Source of the DNA: Lama guanicoe
Lineage: Eukaryota
Direction: 5' to 3'
Length of the DNA: 64,000 nucleotides
NCBI GenBank assembly: GCA_013239625.1
Contig: MU054001.1
Location: 7,634,746-7,698,745, forward strand
The notes under the pieces are model-generated. The model was not told the origin of the DNA. It was given only the letters and a program-made list of their open reading frames with translations, and made no database searches. Below are positions 13,517-26,510 of this stretch, piece by piece; position 1 is the first letter of the stretch, and each line of letters begins with the position of its first letter. The position numbers and the translations under genes are program-made.

Positions 13517-14088
13517 GGACTGCAACATGAGCATCCCTGACTACGTGCAGTGTGCTGAGGACCACCAGACTCTCCCTGTTGTGGGCCAACCCGGGGGGAT
13601 CTTCTTAGAGGAGAATTTCTTCTGCATCTATAAGCGAATCTCCTTGGTGAGCCAGATCAGCCTGTGCGGCTCCCAGTGGGCACTCTGTATCCACTACAGG
13701 CACCACTATGCACCCGAGAATGTGTGGAGAGGCTTCCAGACCCACCGCAAGGCCGTGGGCCTTGTCACCATTAACGACTGCCTCTTGGCCAAGACCTCCT
13801 AGAAGCTCCACATGCAGAGGAGCTGTATGGCACTGCGCTTAATGACTCTCAGCTCTTTGTCTTTGTGCTGCATGGGGAGGTAGCCGAGCAGCCGCGCACC
13901 GACGTGTCCTTCAATCTACTAGGACTGCAGGGCGGTGGAGAAGAGGATCGAGGACTTCACTGAGACATTCTTCATCTTGCCCAAGTCCAAGTGGCTGGAT
14001 GGAGCCCCCAGGAAGTCTGGGGACAAGATACCCCTCCTCTGCATCCTGTTTGAGAGGAGGACTTCATGGGACTGAACACAGACAGCAG
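13517..14088 (+). pseudogene. TRAPPC9: TRAPPC9-like first coding exon remnant
   Basis: Acceptor ctctcggcag|GGAC, ATG at 13527. [39 protein letters not shown]...[16 protein letters not shown] matches TRAPPC9 [39 protein letters not shown]...FQTHRKVVGLITITDC. TAG at 13800-13802, then frameshifted [53 protein letters not shown] and DFMGLNTDS. Donor AG|gtaagt at 14088/14089. Confidence 0.95.
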
Positions 14089-14323
14089 GTAAGTTTACCT
14101 GGAAGACAGTCCACCCTGGCTGTGTGCCGGTTTTCTTCCCTACATCCAGAAAGTGATCAGCAAGTAAGAGGGCTGTCTTGTAACCAAGGGGGGAGGGAGG
14201 TGCAATCCGCAGGTTTAGAGACATTTCAAAGTGAATCCGCCTTTGTTTCAGAGAGATCCTTTTAGGGCTAGTGTGGACACTTACTCCCGCTTTTCAGCCA
14301 GGACCATGGTGGGACCCCTGGAG

Positions 14324-14650
14324 TTGCTGTCCAACAGAGTAGCCACAGACACTGATGCTAGGAGCGCTGGGGAGGAGGCTGCTCTGAGCTGAGATGTGCT
14401 GTAGGTCAAATGCACATCAGACGCTGAGGCTTGTCTACTAAAAGAATATAAAATATCTTGTTGCTTCCTATATTGATTACATGTCAAAATGATAGTATTT
14501 TACATACAGTAGGTTAAGTAAGGTCTGTTCTTAAAATCAGTTTGTAGTATTTGTTTTTTGCTTGTTGGTTTGTTTCTTTGTTTACCGTTTTAAATGTGGC
14601 AACTGGGAAGCTTTCTTTACATGGCACTCATTTTATTTCTTTTGGGCAGC
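14324..14650 (-). mobile_element. MER33-like hAT-Charlie DNA transposon
   Basis: gctgtccaa...gtagccac, tgagatgtgctgta, tatattgattacatgt and tttaaatgtggcaact match the MER33 consensus as recalled. Confidence 0.7.
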
Positions 14651-17600
14651 CTGACCTGGGACAGTCTCATCCCTTTGCTTATAGATGAGATGCTGAATCC
14701 CGAGAGGCAGAACGAGGCGCTGGTTGAGCTGGGGGTGGAGCCGGTGTCTCCTGCCTCCCAGGCCCAGCACCTGTTCAGCTCAGGCCCTCTCTTCCTGCCC
14801 GACAGCCAGCATTCCATGTTAGGACATCAGAAACACTGCTAGGGACTTCCGAGTGAACTCCTTACACAGAGAAAGGCGTATCATGGAGTATGGGACATAG
14901 CAGGGACATGTTCATCCTTACTTTGTCCCTGTGATTAAGTGAAAGGACCACTTTGCCTCGGAAGTGCAGACGAGCTCTTCTGGACTGCTAACCCCCCACC
15001 TTCTTGTTTCCCTGTGTATCTATCGTGCTGTCCCTCGGGCAGAAGAGTGTGAGATGCCTTTGCCGAAAGTTGGTCCCCCTTTGCCAGGGAGAGTGAGGGA
15101 AGCTGTGTCCCCCCGGCCTATGGCCTCGGGCTTTGAGTCTGGAGAGTGCTCATGGCGGTCCCACAGGTGACGGTCCGAGGACCTGACAAGTGCTGCCGGG
15201 CCCGCTGTAGAGGCAGTGCTCTGTGATTCTTGAACTTACCTAAGATCAGATCCTACTTTCTGGTTGTTGGTAAGTTGGAGGAGAAGATGCTAGAGAATTG
15301 ATAAAATGAATGTCCAGATCAGCCCTGTGAGTGACAGGCACAGGGGAGCCGAGTCCCACCTGCGAGAGCCCAGCTAGCGGGCTCTGGATGAATTTTCTGT
15401 TCCTCCCGGACATACCTCTATGGCTTAATTAAAGGGCAAGTCATGTCGTGTCCACGATCTGTACTTGTCCTCACAGGGCCCTGTGATCTACAGGCCCGTA
15501 CTCCCCTTCTGCTCATTGGAGATGAGCTGGCATGTTTATGAGCCTGGGCACTGCTGAGGGCATAGCTGCCAGCACTGAGCTGCACCGAGGCTGGCTCCGT
15601 TCACCTCACATGTCAGCTCATGCTGAGGCCCAAGGCGTTAGTCAAGGTAGGTGCATCGGTGCAACATAAACAGGGACCACTTTCTCCCACTGGACCCACT
15701 GGTGGGTGAGCAGTGGAAGTCTGGGGCCCTGCCCAAGCCCGCAGGCCAGAGCCTCCTCTTTTGTCATAGGAGGCACTGGTGATATTTTTGCTCAGCAACT
15801 GCTTGGCTCTGAGTCTGCAGATCCACCAGAGAATGCCAGCTTGTTTTTGCCTTTTGAAGTCTGCCCTTGGGATTTGAAGGAGGAGCTTGATGTGTACTTA
15901 GCCCATAGTGGTTGACACTGTCACCATTGTTTACCCAGAACCTCGTGTACCAGGCATGTTTCCCGTCATCAAAACACAGCAGCACATTAAACCTCCCTCC
16001 TTGTCGGTCTGTCTGTTCTGGTACCATAAGGGCTCAGCCAGCATCTGAATGTCACTGAGATAACGTGGCCAGTGAGCTCGGGACAAGCATATTCTCCTAC
16101 AGTCAGTTTTACTCCATTGTTGCTTTTACCATTTCACATTCATTAATTTTTTATACAATGGTTTGGTGCAGGAGCAGAGCCTAATTCTCTCCTGATACTC
16201 TTGGTGGAAGTGAGTAAAACAGTCCAGCCTGAAATGTGACCACAATTTGTAGCTCAAAAGCTGCTTAGACACATGTAGGTGGAGTTTTGGTTAGGGGCGC
16301 TGACCACGTTGGGGTCCCCCTGCAGTGCAGCTCCCCTCAGGCCCCTGCCTCCCCTGGATCAGGAGATGAGTGTGGGTCTCACTGTCCCCGAGTCCCTGGC
16401 CTCACACACTCACGTAAATTCTTGTACATGCTGTCAAAGTCATTTTTGTTCTTGTGTGTTTCTAATTTTCTCTTGTTCCTCTTTTCCTTTTTCTTTATTC
16501 CTTTTTCTCTTGCATTGTCCAGTGAGCATGTTGTTGCGTCTGAAAAAGTGGGCTGTTCACACCCTGCATTGGAAATAGCCAGATTGACCTCAGTACTGTC
16601 TCCATCGCTTTAAAAAGCAAAAACTTAACAGCTGCCTTGATCCATGTATTATCCTATTTTCTAATTTTTTGGAATATTTGCTGTGTTAGCACATTACCCA
16701 CTAGTGTTTCATACCTGTTAAAATCCTTGCTTTGAGGAACCTGTTTGGTCCTCCTTATATTTGGTGACAAATGCGCCCTTATTAAATTTGTTTGATTGTT
16801 TTAAAGAAGTGAGATGTGAAGTGATCTAGGCGGCTACTGAGGGATTCTTTTCATGGAGTATTTAAACTTGGAAAGTCAAATTCTACAGCATCTTACTCGA
16901 TTCCTGCTTTTACACAAACGTGCTCGGCTCGCGGTTCCTGGCTGTCGCTGTGTGACGTACATGATGGTGCTTCCTGGCCAGCGGTCACTGGTGAGGAAGT
17001 GGCAGACTCCGGGTAGAGCACCTGCAGGGGCGCTTTTGGAGGAAGCAGTCACTGTTTTGTTATTTACTTTTTTTTTTTTTGCATTCAACTTCCCCGTGAC
17101 ATTTACTTTTCTTTGCCTTCATAAAGGGGCAGAAGTGGGTCTAAAATCCATGCCACTATTTTGTTCCCTTTACGAGGCTGGTTTTTCTGAGTATCAGGAC
17201 AACATGGCCTTCTCCTAAGTGACTGGCTCACCTGGATCTGGTGGACACAGGGACTGCTTAAGGGGACCGTAGCTTCCTCTCTGCTTCACCCAGTGGGCAT
17301 TCAGAGCCAGGTGTGTGGTTTGCCTCAGCAGCCGTGCAGGCCTCCCTGCCCCGGCCTTTATTTTAACCCATGTTGGCAGTTAATAGCTGACTCCGTGTCT
17401 GTTGCAGCTGACGTCCACCACTGACGGACTTGTCGTTAGTTTGCGGTAGTGAGTCTCAAACACCCCAGTCAACCGTGAAGGAAAATGCTATGGCTGAACT
17501 AGGACCTTGGATTCTTACCCTTACCCTGGTTCATCTCACCCGGGGGAAGGTTTTGGCCACCACCATCATGCTGTCCATGAGGCCTTGTTTCTCCTTTCAT

Positions 17601-19519
17601 GCTCTGGTCCAAATGTGGGCACTTCATTTTTCACTGAATTTGTCTTGCTTGAGACATGTCAGAATATCTGAATGAGTCCATCACATTCTGCATGCGAAAC
17701 AGAACATAAGTAAGTGTCGCAAGTAGATGGAATCTAGGCTGTCCAGGTTGGCAAATGCAGGCTGGGATCTGTGATGACTGAGCTGTGCCCTGGACACAGG
17801 CCTTTCCCAAAGCTCCTGAGAGCCCAGGGGTTGGATTGAGAACAGCCTTTCCTGGGATTCTTCATCCTCATCTGCTCACTGGCAAGTGTGTCTACTAATT
17901 AGGAGCTCCCCCAGACCTTGGGCCCTTCAAAGCTCAGACCACAGGAGAACCTTGAGTCCCTTCTCCTGTGCCTCCTTTGTGAGAATCCAGTGCCTTCTGA
18001 GGTGATCCATGCCAGGAGATGCCTCCCCCACCAGGGAGCACCCTACGGGGGACTGTTAGTCAGTACACCATGCTGTGAGCTTGTGGGGTTACGACCATGG
18101 TCCCTGCAGAACCATATTTGAGATGGGCTTAGTGATGGAAATAATAGGACTGATTCCAGGGCATTGTTTGGGGGAGGGAACAGTGGAAATTGAATGTGAC
18201 CTCACACACCTAGGTGGGTGCTGGCGCTGTTACTAAAATGGGGAGCCTGGGAGGTACCTGCCAGGAATCGAATTCCAGACTAAATGGTGGACATTTGGCA
18301 TTTTTAAGATGCCATTTGTCATCCAAGTTAGGACTTCAAAGAGGCAATCGTGTCTATGAGACTGGGGCTCAAGTGAAGTAGCCAGACTAGAGATACACGT
18401 TGGGAGTTCTCATTCTTAGCTGGTGTTCACAGCCTTTCATGTGAATTAGATCATCTCTAGAGGTGCAGACTTAGGCTGGGGGGGGCAGGGCTGTGCCTGG
18501 GTTGGAGGAAAGCCCCGACCATGCAGCTTTGTTGGGTCAGTTAGTGGCCTTTGGGATTTTCAGACAAGTGCCATTTATGTTTAAGGGGCCGGGCAGTGAG
18601 CAGGGCCAGCCAGGAAGAAACCTGAAGGGAGGGTCGTGGCCACGTGTGTGTCTTGGGAAGATGCAGAGTCTGCAGGGTCCGGGAGGGTAGATTTCTTAGA
18701 AGCTGGAGCTGGAGTGGTGAGTGGGGAGAAGGTAGTCACACCCACCTGTGAGGGAGGGATTGAGTCCTTGGGTGTCCCCACCCTACCGGACTGGCTTTCC
18801 CATGAACAGAAGGCAATCATACAGAGTTTCTAAGGTGAGAAGGGATGGGCGCTAGTAGGGGAGCCAACCTGGAGAATGGTGCTTGGAAATTTCTGGAATA
18901 GTCTCCCTGAAAAATAGAGTTAAATATACCCAGACTCTTAAGAACATTGATAGTGACTTGGGAGGAGGCAGTTGTTTTTCTGGCCTGCTAGGTGTAAGGC
19001 ATGTATACAGGTATACACAGAAGATACGGGCAGTCTTTTCCAGGGGCTTGATCCTTACTGGGGGGACAGTGCAAGTTTAAAGGGGGAGAAGGGCAGTGGA
19101 GGGAAACTAGCCAGGCCCTGTGTCAGGTACCATTCGGTCGCCCTACTTGCATGTTGCATTCACATCCATGCCTCCAAGGTGGGCGGTGGCAGCCCCCTTT
19201 TGCGGATTGGGAAGCCTTCTCAGAGGGGTTAAGAAATTGGTCCGTTTAGTGGCTAGTAAATGCTGTAGCAGGATTCAAGCATAGCCTTGTCAGACTTCAA
19301 GGGCATGTTTTCTCTACTAATTCCTGTACTTCCCTGTTATATCTGAAATGGTGAATTGGGTCACTTTTGGAGCCTTTCAGAAAAAGTACGATTTAAATGC
19401 CTCAGGACTGTTTCACAAAGCTCAGTGTTCTTTGTTGGTTCTGAAGCACCGCAGTGCTTTTCATCTCAAAGGTGTTAGGTCTTACTCTTTTGACTATGAC
19501 GTGGTTGCAAATGACTTAC

Positions 19520-19617
19520 AGGTGCAAAACCACACTTAGCAGCTTCTGAAGGGAAACGCTCCAGTTCTCCCTTGATCGGCATTCTTCCATGGGATGTAAC
19601 TGTGCTGCATTGTAGGC
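19520..19617 (-). pseudogene. Candidate exon of the antisense gene remnant
   Basis: 98 nt, tctcag|GC...CCT|gtaagt. Phase 1-0, open: (C)LQCSTVTSHGRMPIKGELERFPSEAAKCGFAP. The pyrimidine tract is weak. Confidence 0.35.
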
Positions 19618-19809
19618 CTGAGATTTATTTATGGAGTGAGGGTTTGATATCCAAAGTTAGCATAAAACGGTCAGATGAAGAAAATCGACGTTGACAATTT
19701 ATTTTTGGGTTTCATTAGTCAAGATATACTATCAGTTAATGGCCCATATAAGAAATGAAATTGAGTACAGAACATTGCATTTCTTAATTTCTATTTAGAG
19801 TTCTCTTAC

Positions 19810-19990
19810 AGAATATGGTTGCCTGCTTTGGAACATCAGATCCACCACCATGGCACCTATCAGTGTGTTGGTGTGATTGCATTTACACAGTGAATGTAAT
19901 CTGGGCTTCCTCAGCCCCAAACACTCCAGTGCAGAATCACAGGATGTAGCCATCTCTTAGTCACGCAAATACTTCTAAAATTATATGATG
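19810..19990 (-). pseudogene. Candidate exon of the antisense gene remnant (acceptor mutated)
   Basis: Strong pyrimidine tract ending in ttttctgg (AG>GG), then HHIILEVFA*LRDGYIL*FCTGVFGAEEAQITF..., donor T|gtaaga. Phase 0-1. Confidence 0.38.
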
Positions 19991-22354
19991 CCAGAAAAGA
20001 AGGAAGAGAGAGAATGAGATTGCCTTTATCAAAGTTCCTTTCACTTCTAACTGCAAACTGTTGTTGGGCAGCTCTGGTTTCCTTTGGGTATGAATATATA
20101 CATTTCTTTGCATGTAATCTGGGTTTTGGAATAGAACACTAAGTTCTTGCTTTCCACAAGCCACAAAAAAATGTAGCCAAATTGCACACGTGTGAAATAG
20201 TTTATAATTTTTTCCGAGAATGTATCCTTGAATTTGGGACTTGGGCTGTGACTTTTGCTTTTTGCATTCCCCACCCCTCTTGTAATCTCTCACTCCTTCC
20301 CACATGGCCCCAATAGTTCGTGGTCTCAAGGAGCGGGCAAACACCCAGTTGGTCACCATGTACTGCTGCTATAGATGGAGCCCAGCCAAGACCTAAGGGA
20401 TATTATCAGAGAGGATTTCCTGGAAGAAGTGGGCTCTACATTCAGTTGTGAGGACAGAGTAAGTGTCAGCCAGGAGAAGGCATCAAGAGTGTGGCTCAGG
20501 TGGCAGGTGCAGCCCGGGCAGAGGCCTGGCGGCTTTTTGTGTGGGCATCCGGGGAGAGTGCCCTGTGTGGTCCAGGGAGGAGAGTGCCCCTGCTGGGGAG
20601 GACACTGGAGAGAGTCCGGAGTGCAGGGCTTTGGAAGAGGTTGTTTTACTAGAACTGACACAGTAGGCAGTGAAGGGTGTCATCAGAATGTGACCATCAG
20701 GAAAGGTACTTCTGGTTTTGCTTCTGATATTCTACAGACAGAAGGGTTGGGATGAGCGAGAGCAGGTATGTCTGTCCCTTTGAGACCCATCCCATCATTC
20801 ATTTATTCATAACACATGCACTTCTGAGTGTCAAGGGGAGAAAGTTTCAGGCACATTATTAAGGAAAATATATTTCGTTCTTGTGAGCTTAGCATTGTCA
20901 GAAGTTGAATTAACCTTGAATATTCTAGGAACAGAGGAACAAATTGGGGAGGTTGGAGGGAGGGAAGGCTTCCTTGGGAAACAGTCAAAATGAGCCTGGA
21001 GGCAAGTGGGAAGTAGAAGCAGGTCAGGGGGACCCTGAGGTCACTGGGGATCTGTGTACTGAGGAGATGCTGGGCGAGCAGTGTCTGGGGAGGGGATAGA
21101 ATTCCACCAGGGAGCCTCTGAAGGGTTTGAAGTGGGGTGATGTAATCAAATTTGTGATTTTTGGGAGACTGCCGTGGCTCTGTGTGAGTGTGTGTGTGTG
21201 TGTGGAGCGGGGAAGAGCGGGAGGGTGTCACCAACTGGGGGGGTCATTAGAAGTCCATTCACAGGTGGGGAGAGGGGCGTCGGGACTGCTTGGGGACGGC
21301 AGGGGCAGTGTGGATGCCGGATTTCCTTATGGGGAGGGCTTGTTAGCGGGGCGGCCTTAGAGGCGACTTTTGGCTTGAAGAAAACACATGGAGGCTGCCA
21401 GGTGGAGTTTCCTCTTCTCTCCTTCCCTGCCTTGTGTGATGATCATAGCTCAGCTAACTTTGGAACAGAAGAGCTAAGTTCCAGTGTAGCCCAGGACTTT
21501 GTTGAGCTCGTTCGAGTGAGATCTGATAGGATTTAGGTTTGTGTTCAGATCTGCATGTTCACTTAGCTAGAAACGTCCCATCATTTCGATTTCCATAGGA
21601 GTTTTTATTCTTCATAAAGATTGTTTTATTGGAGAGAGGAAATTTAATACAGCTGTTGTGTTTCTCAAAAAAACATTTCTTTTAAGAACTTTAATATTCA
21701 AAAGAATAGGAATATATAAAAATGTTAAATTAAAGCTTTGGTGTAGTTTCTTTGGTTTCTGAGCTAATGTGGAGTTAGAGCCTTTGCATTACTTAATAGC
21801 ACATAATTGTCAGTATTTAAAGAACTGTTAGTGAACGCCCCAGGCCCCACCTCTCAAAACATCATTAAAGTTTCCTCTGAAATAGTCAGGTCATAAAGGT
21901 CTTGTTTGCAGAAATCAAACACTTGGTTTATAATACGCAGCATAGATCCATTTATAAAATAATAACAGGATCAAAATTAAGAAAGTGGAGCATAATTGAT
22001 TTTTTTAAAGCTGAAACATAAACTTTCTAGTGCTAATGTTGCAACTGGAAATTTTGAAAAGAAAAAATCCTACTGTAATATCATCTACGTGGAATACATA
22101 TATGACTTTCACATTTGAAAAGTAACTGTGCAGTGGTTTTTGAAATCAGGAGCATTCCAGCTCAGTTACTGGCAGTGGTGGTTGCTGGTTTTCAATGGAA
22201 GAGCCTAAATTTGCCTTCTTAGCTTTTATTGTTTTTTCTAGTGAGAGGGTTGAGTAGTGCTTTGCCAGCATGATTTTGGGACAGTTTGAGGGCAGATATC
22301 GTGTACCAGCAGTGAGATATTTCCATGCATTTTATTTTTTGGACATCACCAGGG

Positions 22355-22463
22355 CACGTGTGGGGTTTGTCCTTGCAGGCTGAGATGCTGCAGGGCTCCC
22401 TGAACCATCACCGTTATATCTTGGATCTGCTCCGGTCAGTGAATGATTTTCTGTGGCTTGGAG
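22355..22463 (+). pseudogene. TRAPPC9: TRAPPC9-like second coding exon remnant (3' part)
   Basis: Translates [36 protein letters not shown] versus TRAPPC9 [36 protein letters not shown]. The donor is mutated (G|gaaaagt) and the 5' portion is not recognisable. Confidence 0.9.
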
Positions 22464-22618
22464 GAAAAGTGGTCTGATGCAGATGACCAGATGTGCAGTT
22501 AAAGTGCTATTACTTGAAATAAGAGTAACCAAGAAACATGGCTCTAACAATACAGGATGAGGGAGGAGAATTGGCTGAGCTGCTTGCAGTGGGCAGTCTT
22601 TTCAAGTGACTTCCTCAC

Positions 22619-22846
22619 CGTGATACTTGCCAATATCCGCCCCAGCTCCGCACGGTAGTCCTGCCGAAGCAAGCATGCACTTTGCTCAAAAACGCACTGA
22701 ATTTTCTTTTGCTTCTCTTTGTTGGCTTTTTTTGAAAGCACATCTTGCCCTTTGCTTAAATGCCATCAATGCTAGTCACCACTTACACTCATTTTTCTCG
22801 ATTTCTTCCATACATAGCTGCTGAATGGATGAACAGCATGTAGTAT
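22619..22846 (-). pseudogene. Candidate exon of the antisense gene remnant
   Basis: 228 nt with a long T-rich tract upstream, tgtag|ATA...ACG|gtgagg. Phase 0 reading ILHAVHPFSSYVWKKSRKMSVSGD*H*WHLSKGQDVLSKKANKEKQKKIQCVFEQSACLLRQDYRAELGRILASIT. Confidence 0.5.
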
Positions 22847-23074
22847 CTACATCTAGTGGAACATTATTCACACTTAAGAGTGAATAAAAAAGAAAAAAAA
22901 AAGAAAGAGGAAAATGAAAAAGGCCACCTCTTCTTGGAAGTCCACCCTGACTGTTCAACCCACCCTTTTCCCTTTGAAACTCAATCCCTTATGCTCCACT
23001 CTACTCTTTTTGATAGTACTTACCACCTTCTAATAAACTTTAACGTTTTCAAAAAAAAAAAGAGAGAGAAATGC

Positions 23075-23335
23075 TGATACCACTTCAACATGGTCGAGCC
23101 TTGATAACAGCATGTTAAGTGAAAGGAAGCAGACACAAACGGCCACATATTGTTGAACTCAGTGATCTGAAATGCCCAGAAAAGGCACATGCAGAGGCGG
23201 AGACCAGGTGATAGTTGCAAGAGGCTGCGTGGAGGGGGATTAGGAGTGACTGCTAGTGAGAGGGGGATTCTTTTGGGGTGATGAATTGTTCAGGAAATAG
23301 ATGGTGGTGAGGGCTGCACAACCGTGAGTGTGCAG
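23075..23335 (+). mobile_element. L1MB-like 3' fragment
   Basis: catgttaagtgaaaggaagcagacacaaacggccacatattg ... ttttggggtgatgaa ... gatggtggtgagggctgcacaac. Confidence 0.65.
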
Positions 23336-23752
23336 AAGACAGCTGAGTGCTGTCTCTGGGAGTGCCTGTGGTTGGGGGCGGCTTTATTTTGTTCTCACCC
23401 TGCAATGTGAAGGGTCATCTTGTGCTGAGGCCGTTCTACTCGTGTGAGTGGTGAGACTCAGAGACTTTGCAGAGTCATGTTTCTTATTGTCCCCTTTCTA
23501 AGTGTAGGCAAAATAGGTTTAAGCCTGAGAAAGTACTCCATATGCAGAAATGCCTTTTAGTTTTGCATGGTGTAAAAATCTTGAGAGCTTTTTCATCGTT
23601 GAGGACAGTCTGTGGGGGGAAATAGCCCATGAAGCCTGGGAGAGACCCGGATGAGCCACGCTTCCCTCCCAGACACGGGTGGGGATTTCACCCCCGTTCA
23701 GTCAATGAAGGGCCCAGACCCGTGAGCGGAGTTGACATTCGTGAATATTTAC

Positions 23753-23965
23753 CTGTATCCGCTGCTTCAACTTGGATGTTAATTTCAAGCTGAGTCATTT
23801 TGTGACGGCAGCCCCATCCTACATCAGGAATCTATAGTATCTGCTCTTTGAGGTGAAGACCTGGCAGACTTGATTATTTAACAGTCTCCCTTGAATTGAT
23901 ATCTCAGATAACTTTGTCAAAAGCAAAACAGCAGTAATACAGACGTCCTTTAATGCCAATGTGAC
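23753..23965 (-). pseudogene. Candidate exon of the antisense gene remnant
   Basis: 213 nt, ctgttccag|GTC...CAG|gtaaat. Phase 0 reading VTLALKDVCITAVLLLTKLSEISIQGRLLNNQVCQVFTSKSRYYRFLM*DGAAVTK*LSLKLTSKLKQRIQ. Confidence 0.5.
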
Positions 23966-24420
23966 CTGGAACAGGTTTAGACTCTGTGTCACAGTGACCT
24001 TATCTGCGGGTGGGGAAGATGATAACAGTGCCTCCCTCTGAGGGGCTGGTGAGGGGAGAGTGAGAAGCACAAATGGAGGACTTACACGCGATGCTCATGA
24101 ATGACCGAATTTAGTGCTCTCAGCCTGGTGAGGCCTCAGGGGCAGAGATGTCAGAACAGAGCAGTCCTAGACGGAGCTCGATCTGTGTTGGCAGCTGTTA
24201 TGATCAGTATCACCACTGTGGGTTATCTGGTAGTTTTAAGACTTGGTAATATCAATTCATGAACAATGTTAGAAGATTAGACATCTCAGATCAAGTTTAC
24301 ATAGTTCTTATGATTTCCTCTAAGAAATGGCTGGTTTCTTCCCCATCTTAAATATGAGATGAGTCTCTAAAAAAATTCTATTCCTGCATGGCTTTAATTC
24401 TCCATTTCTTAAAAAACAAA

Positions 24421-24510
24421 GTTTTTAAATGGAGTTAATGGGGAGTGAACTGAGGGCCTCATGCATGCTAAGCACATCCTCTCCCAAATGAGGTATAATC
24501 TCATCCCTGA
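24421..24510 (-). mobile_element. tRNA-derived SINE (Vic-1-like)
   Basis: gggagtgaactgagggcctcatgcatgctaagcacatcctct; same family as 12975-13100. Confidence 0.55.
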
Positions 24511-26494
24511 TTTTTTTTTAAATTTACTTTCTTAGTATTCAGAAGTTAGAGGCCTCTAATTCTTTTTTCTGGAGACTTGTCCATGAACCTGTGAATCTAT
24601 AATTAATGGACAAAACTTGGTTTATAAAAAAAATCAATAGAATATTCTATAATCCATCAAAAAGTAAATGCTCATTGAGTTAAAATATTTCTCCTTTAAG
24701 GTGATTTCTCCTTTTTGGTCTAGCTTAATTTATTAACAGCCATCCTCATCATCATAATGACCAAAGTCGCTCTGAGTGGACACCTACCTAAGGCTAAAAT
24801 CATTTCCTCATGTTTTATTTCTTAACAGGTGTTTGAGGGTAGGTATTTTTGTCTCCTTTTTTGCAGCTGAGGGATTGAGAGATGGAGCAGCTTGTCCCAA
24901 ATCACACGCAGCTGGAGGTGGAGAGCTCGGTGCTGGAACCCAGGCTGCACAGGATGCATTCTTAATTGTTCCTCTAATCAGCCTCCCGTTGAGTGGTTAC
25001 CCGAATTCCTGTGACTCCATAAATGGCCGATTTTAGTGACCTCAGCCTGATGAGGACTTCAAAGGAGAGACACCAGTGAAAATGTGAGACAGAGTGGCAT
25101 AAATTAAAATTGCACAGTTTCACAAATGTTTAATTGTCAGTTAATTACATAAAAATTTACTTTTTTTATTTTAGTGCTCTGTAAGCACTAAAAACAAAAC
25201 ATTAAAAATAATTATAGTGCAAAAGTGAAGTGGGCTTTGAAAGTCCAACCACTGCTAATGATGTTACTTAATTTTCTCTAGAGGCCTTTATTGACAGAAA
25301 TACTTACAATGTCTGAATTGGTTTTACGTAGTCTTAGTATGGAAGAAAAAATTGTCAGTGAATATTGTAAGTAAAATCTTGACTCTTTTCTTTCCTGATG
25401 ATGAATATGTAAGTTGTTTTCATGGCTTAAGTACATTTCCTCATTTGTGAAATTTGAGTAGTATCGTTTACCTTGTCTAACTGTGAGAGTTTGACGCCTT
25501 GTATACAAAGAACCCAAGGGGTGCTTAATAAAAATGTGCTGTCACAATGACAGATATTTTAGAATGATCAACTCTGAATACTAAAGGGTGTCGCTTATTT
25601 TTGATGCATATTCAATATGTATACATATGATATATTTGAACATGGTTAAAATAACAAGGATTTTTTTTTAATGCAGTATGGAATTTTAATGAAATCTGTA
25701 TCATTCTTTTGAGACAGGGACTAGGTAAATTGCCTTAATCAGAAGACCCTGAAGATTATTTACACAGAATATGTATTGTTACAAAACAGAATTCATGTTG
25801 CCTTGTAATCATCCACTCAGACACTTAAATTCGTGGGAATCAGATCAGATCCATTAAGTTTAGTAAAATCCACATTGATCATTTTCAGGGAATAAGCTTC
25901 TCTCTTTTGTGATTAAAGAAAATTTTGATTTTTTTCCTGCACTCTTAACAGGTTTAAAACATCAAAACATTGATTTGACATATCACTTTTTTAATAGAGA
26001 GAATAAAGCTCATGCTGTTTTATTATGTAAATAAATGTTTTTGTATTTCAACAAACTTGTATGATTTCCTGGCTCTTTGAGAAGTATTTTGCAAGATACT
26101 TAGATAACCTACTGTTGGAAGAATACAAACGTGACTTTTATGAATATAAGCCTAGTACAGATCTGTTGGGTTTTACTACAGTTCAAGACATGAGGCCCAG
26201 GAGAGCTTTGCTGCCGATTGTCTGGAGGACAGATCCCATGTTTCAGTTTCCCCTTCTGTAAAATGAAGTGGCTGGACTGGATTCTTTCCTCTTCTAAGAT
26301 GAGTTTCCATGAGCTTATTCTTCTGTTTATATTCAGGAGTTTAGCAATATCAGATTAAATACTGAATACCCCTCCCTTCCCCCGAAGCAAAGTGCAGTAT
26401 GTTCTACATAAGCTTTTAGTTATCTGATTCTCCTTTCTGATCCTACAGGCAATTTTTGTGTTGCAATTTTCCCGGCAACCTGGAAGGTCTTTTT

Positions 26495-26510
26495 AGCCAT
26501 AGGTGGCGCT
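26495..26510 (+). promoter_or_regulatory. CTCF-like motif
   Basis: agccataggtggcgct, close to the CCASYAGRKGGCRS core. Confidence 0.45.

Noticed and set aside
15575..15645. Minus-strand RLGPQHELTCEVNGASL resembling a PDZ EVNG motif
   Set aside because: Spacing is wrong and the rest of the PDZ fold is not recognisable.
22650..22680. Plus-strand GSPAEASMH resembling TRAPPC9 GSTLPAEAANRH of the missing exon
   Set aside because: Very short match, no flanking similarity or splice sites, and it lies within a better-supported minus-strand exon candidate.
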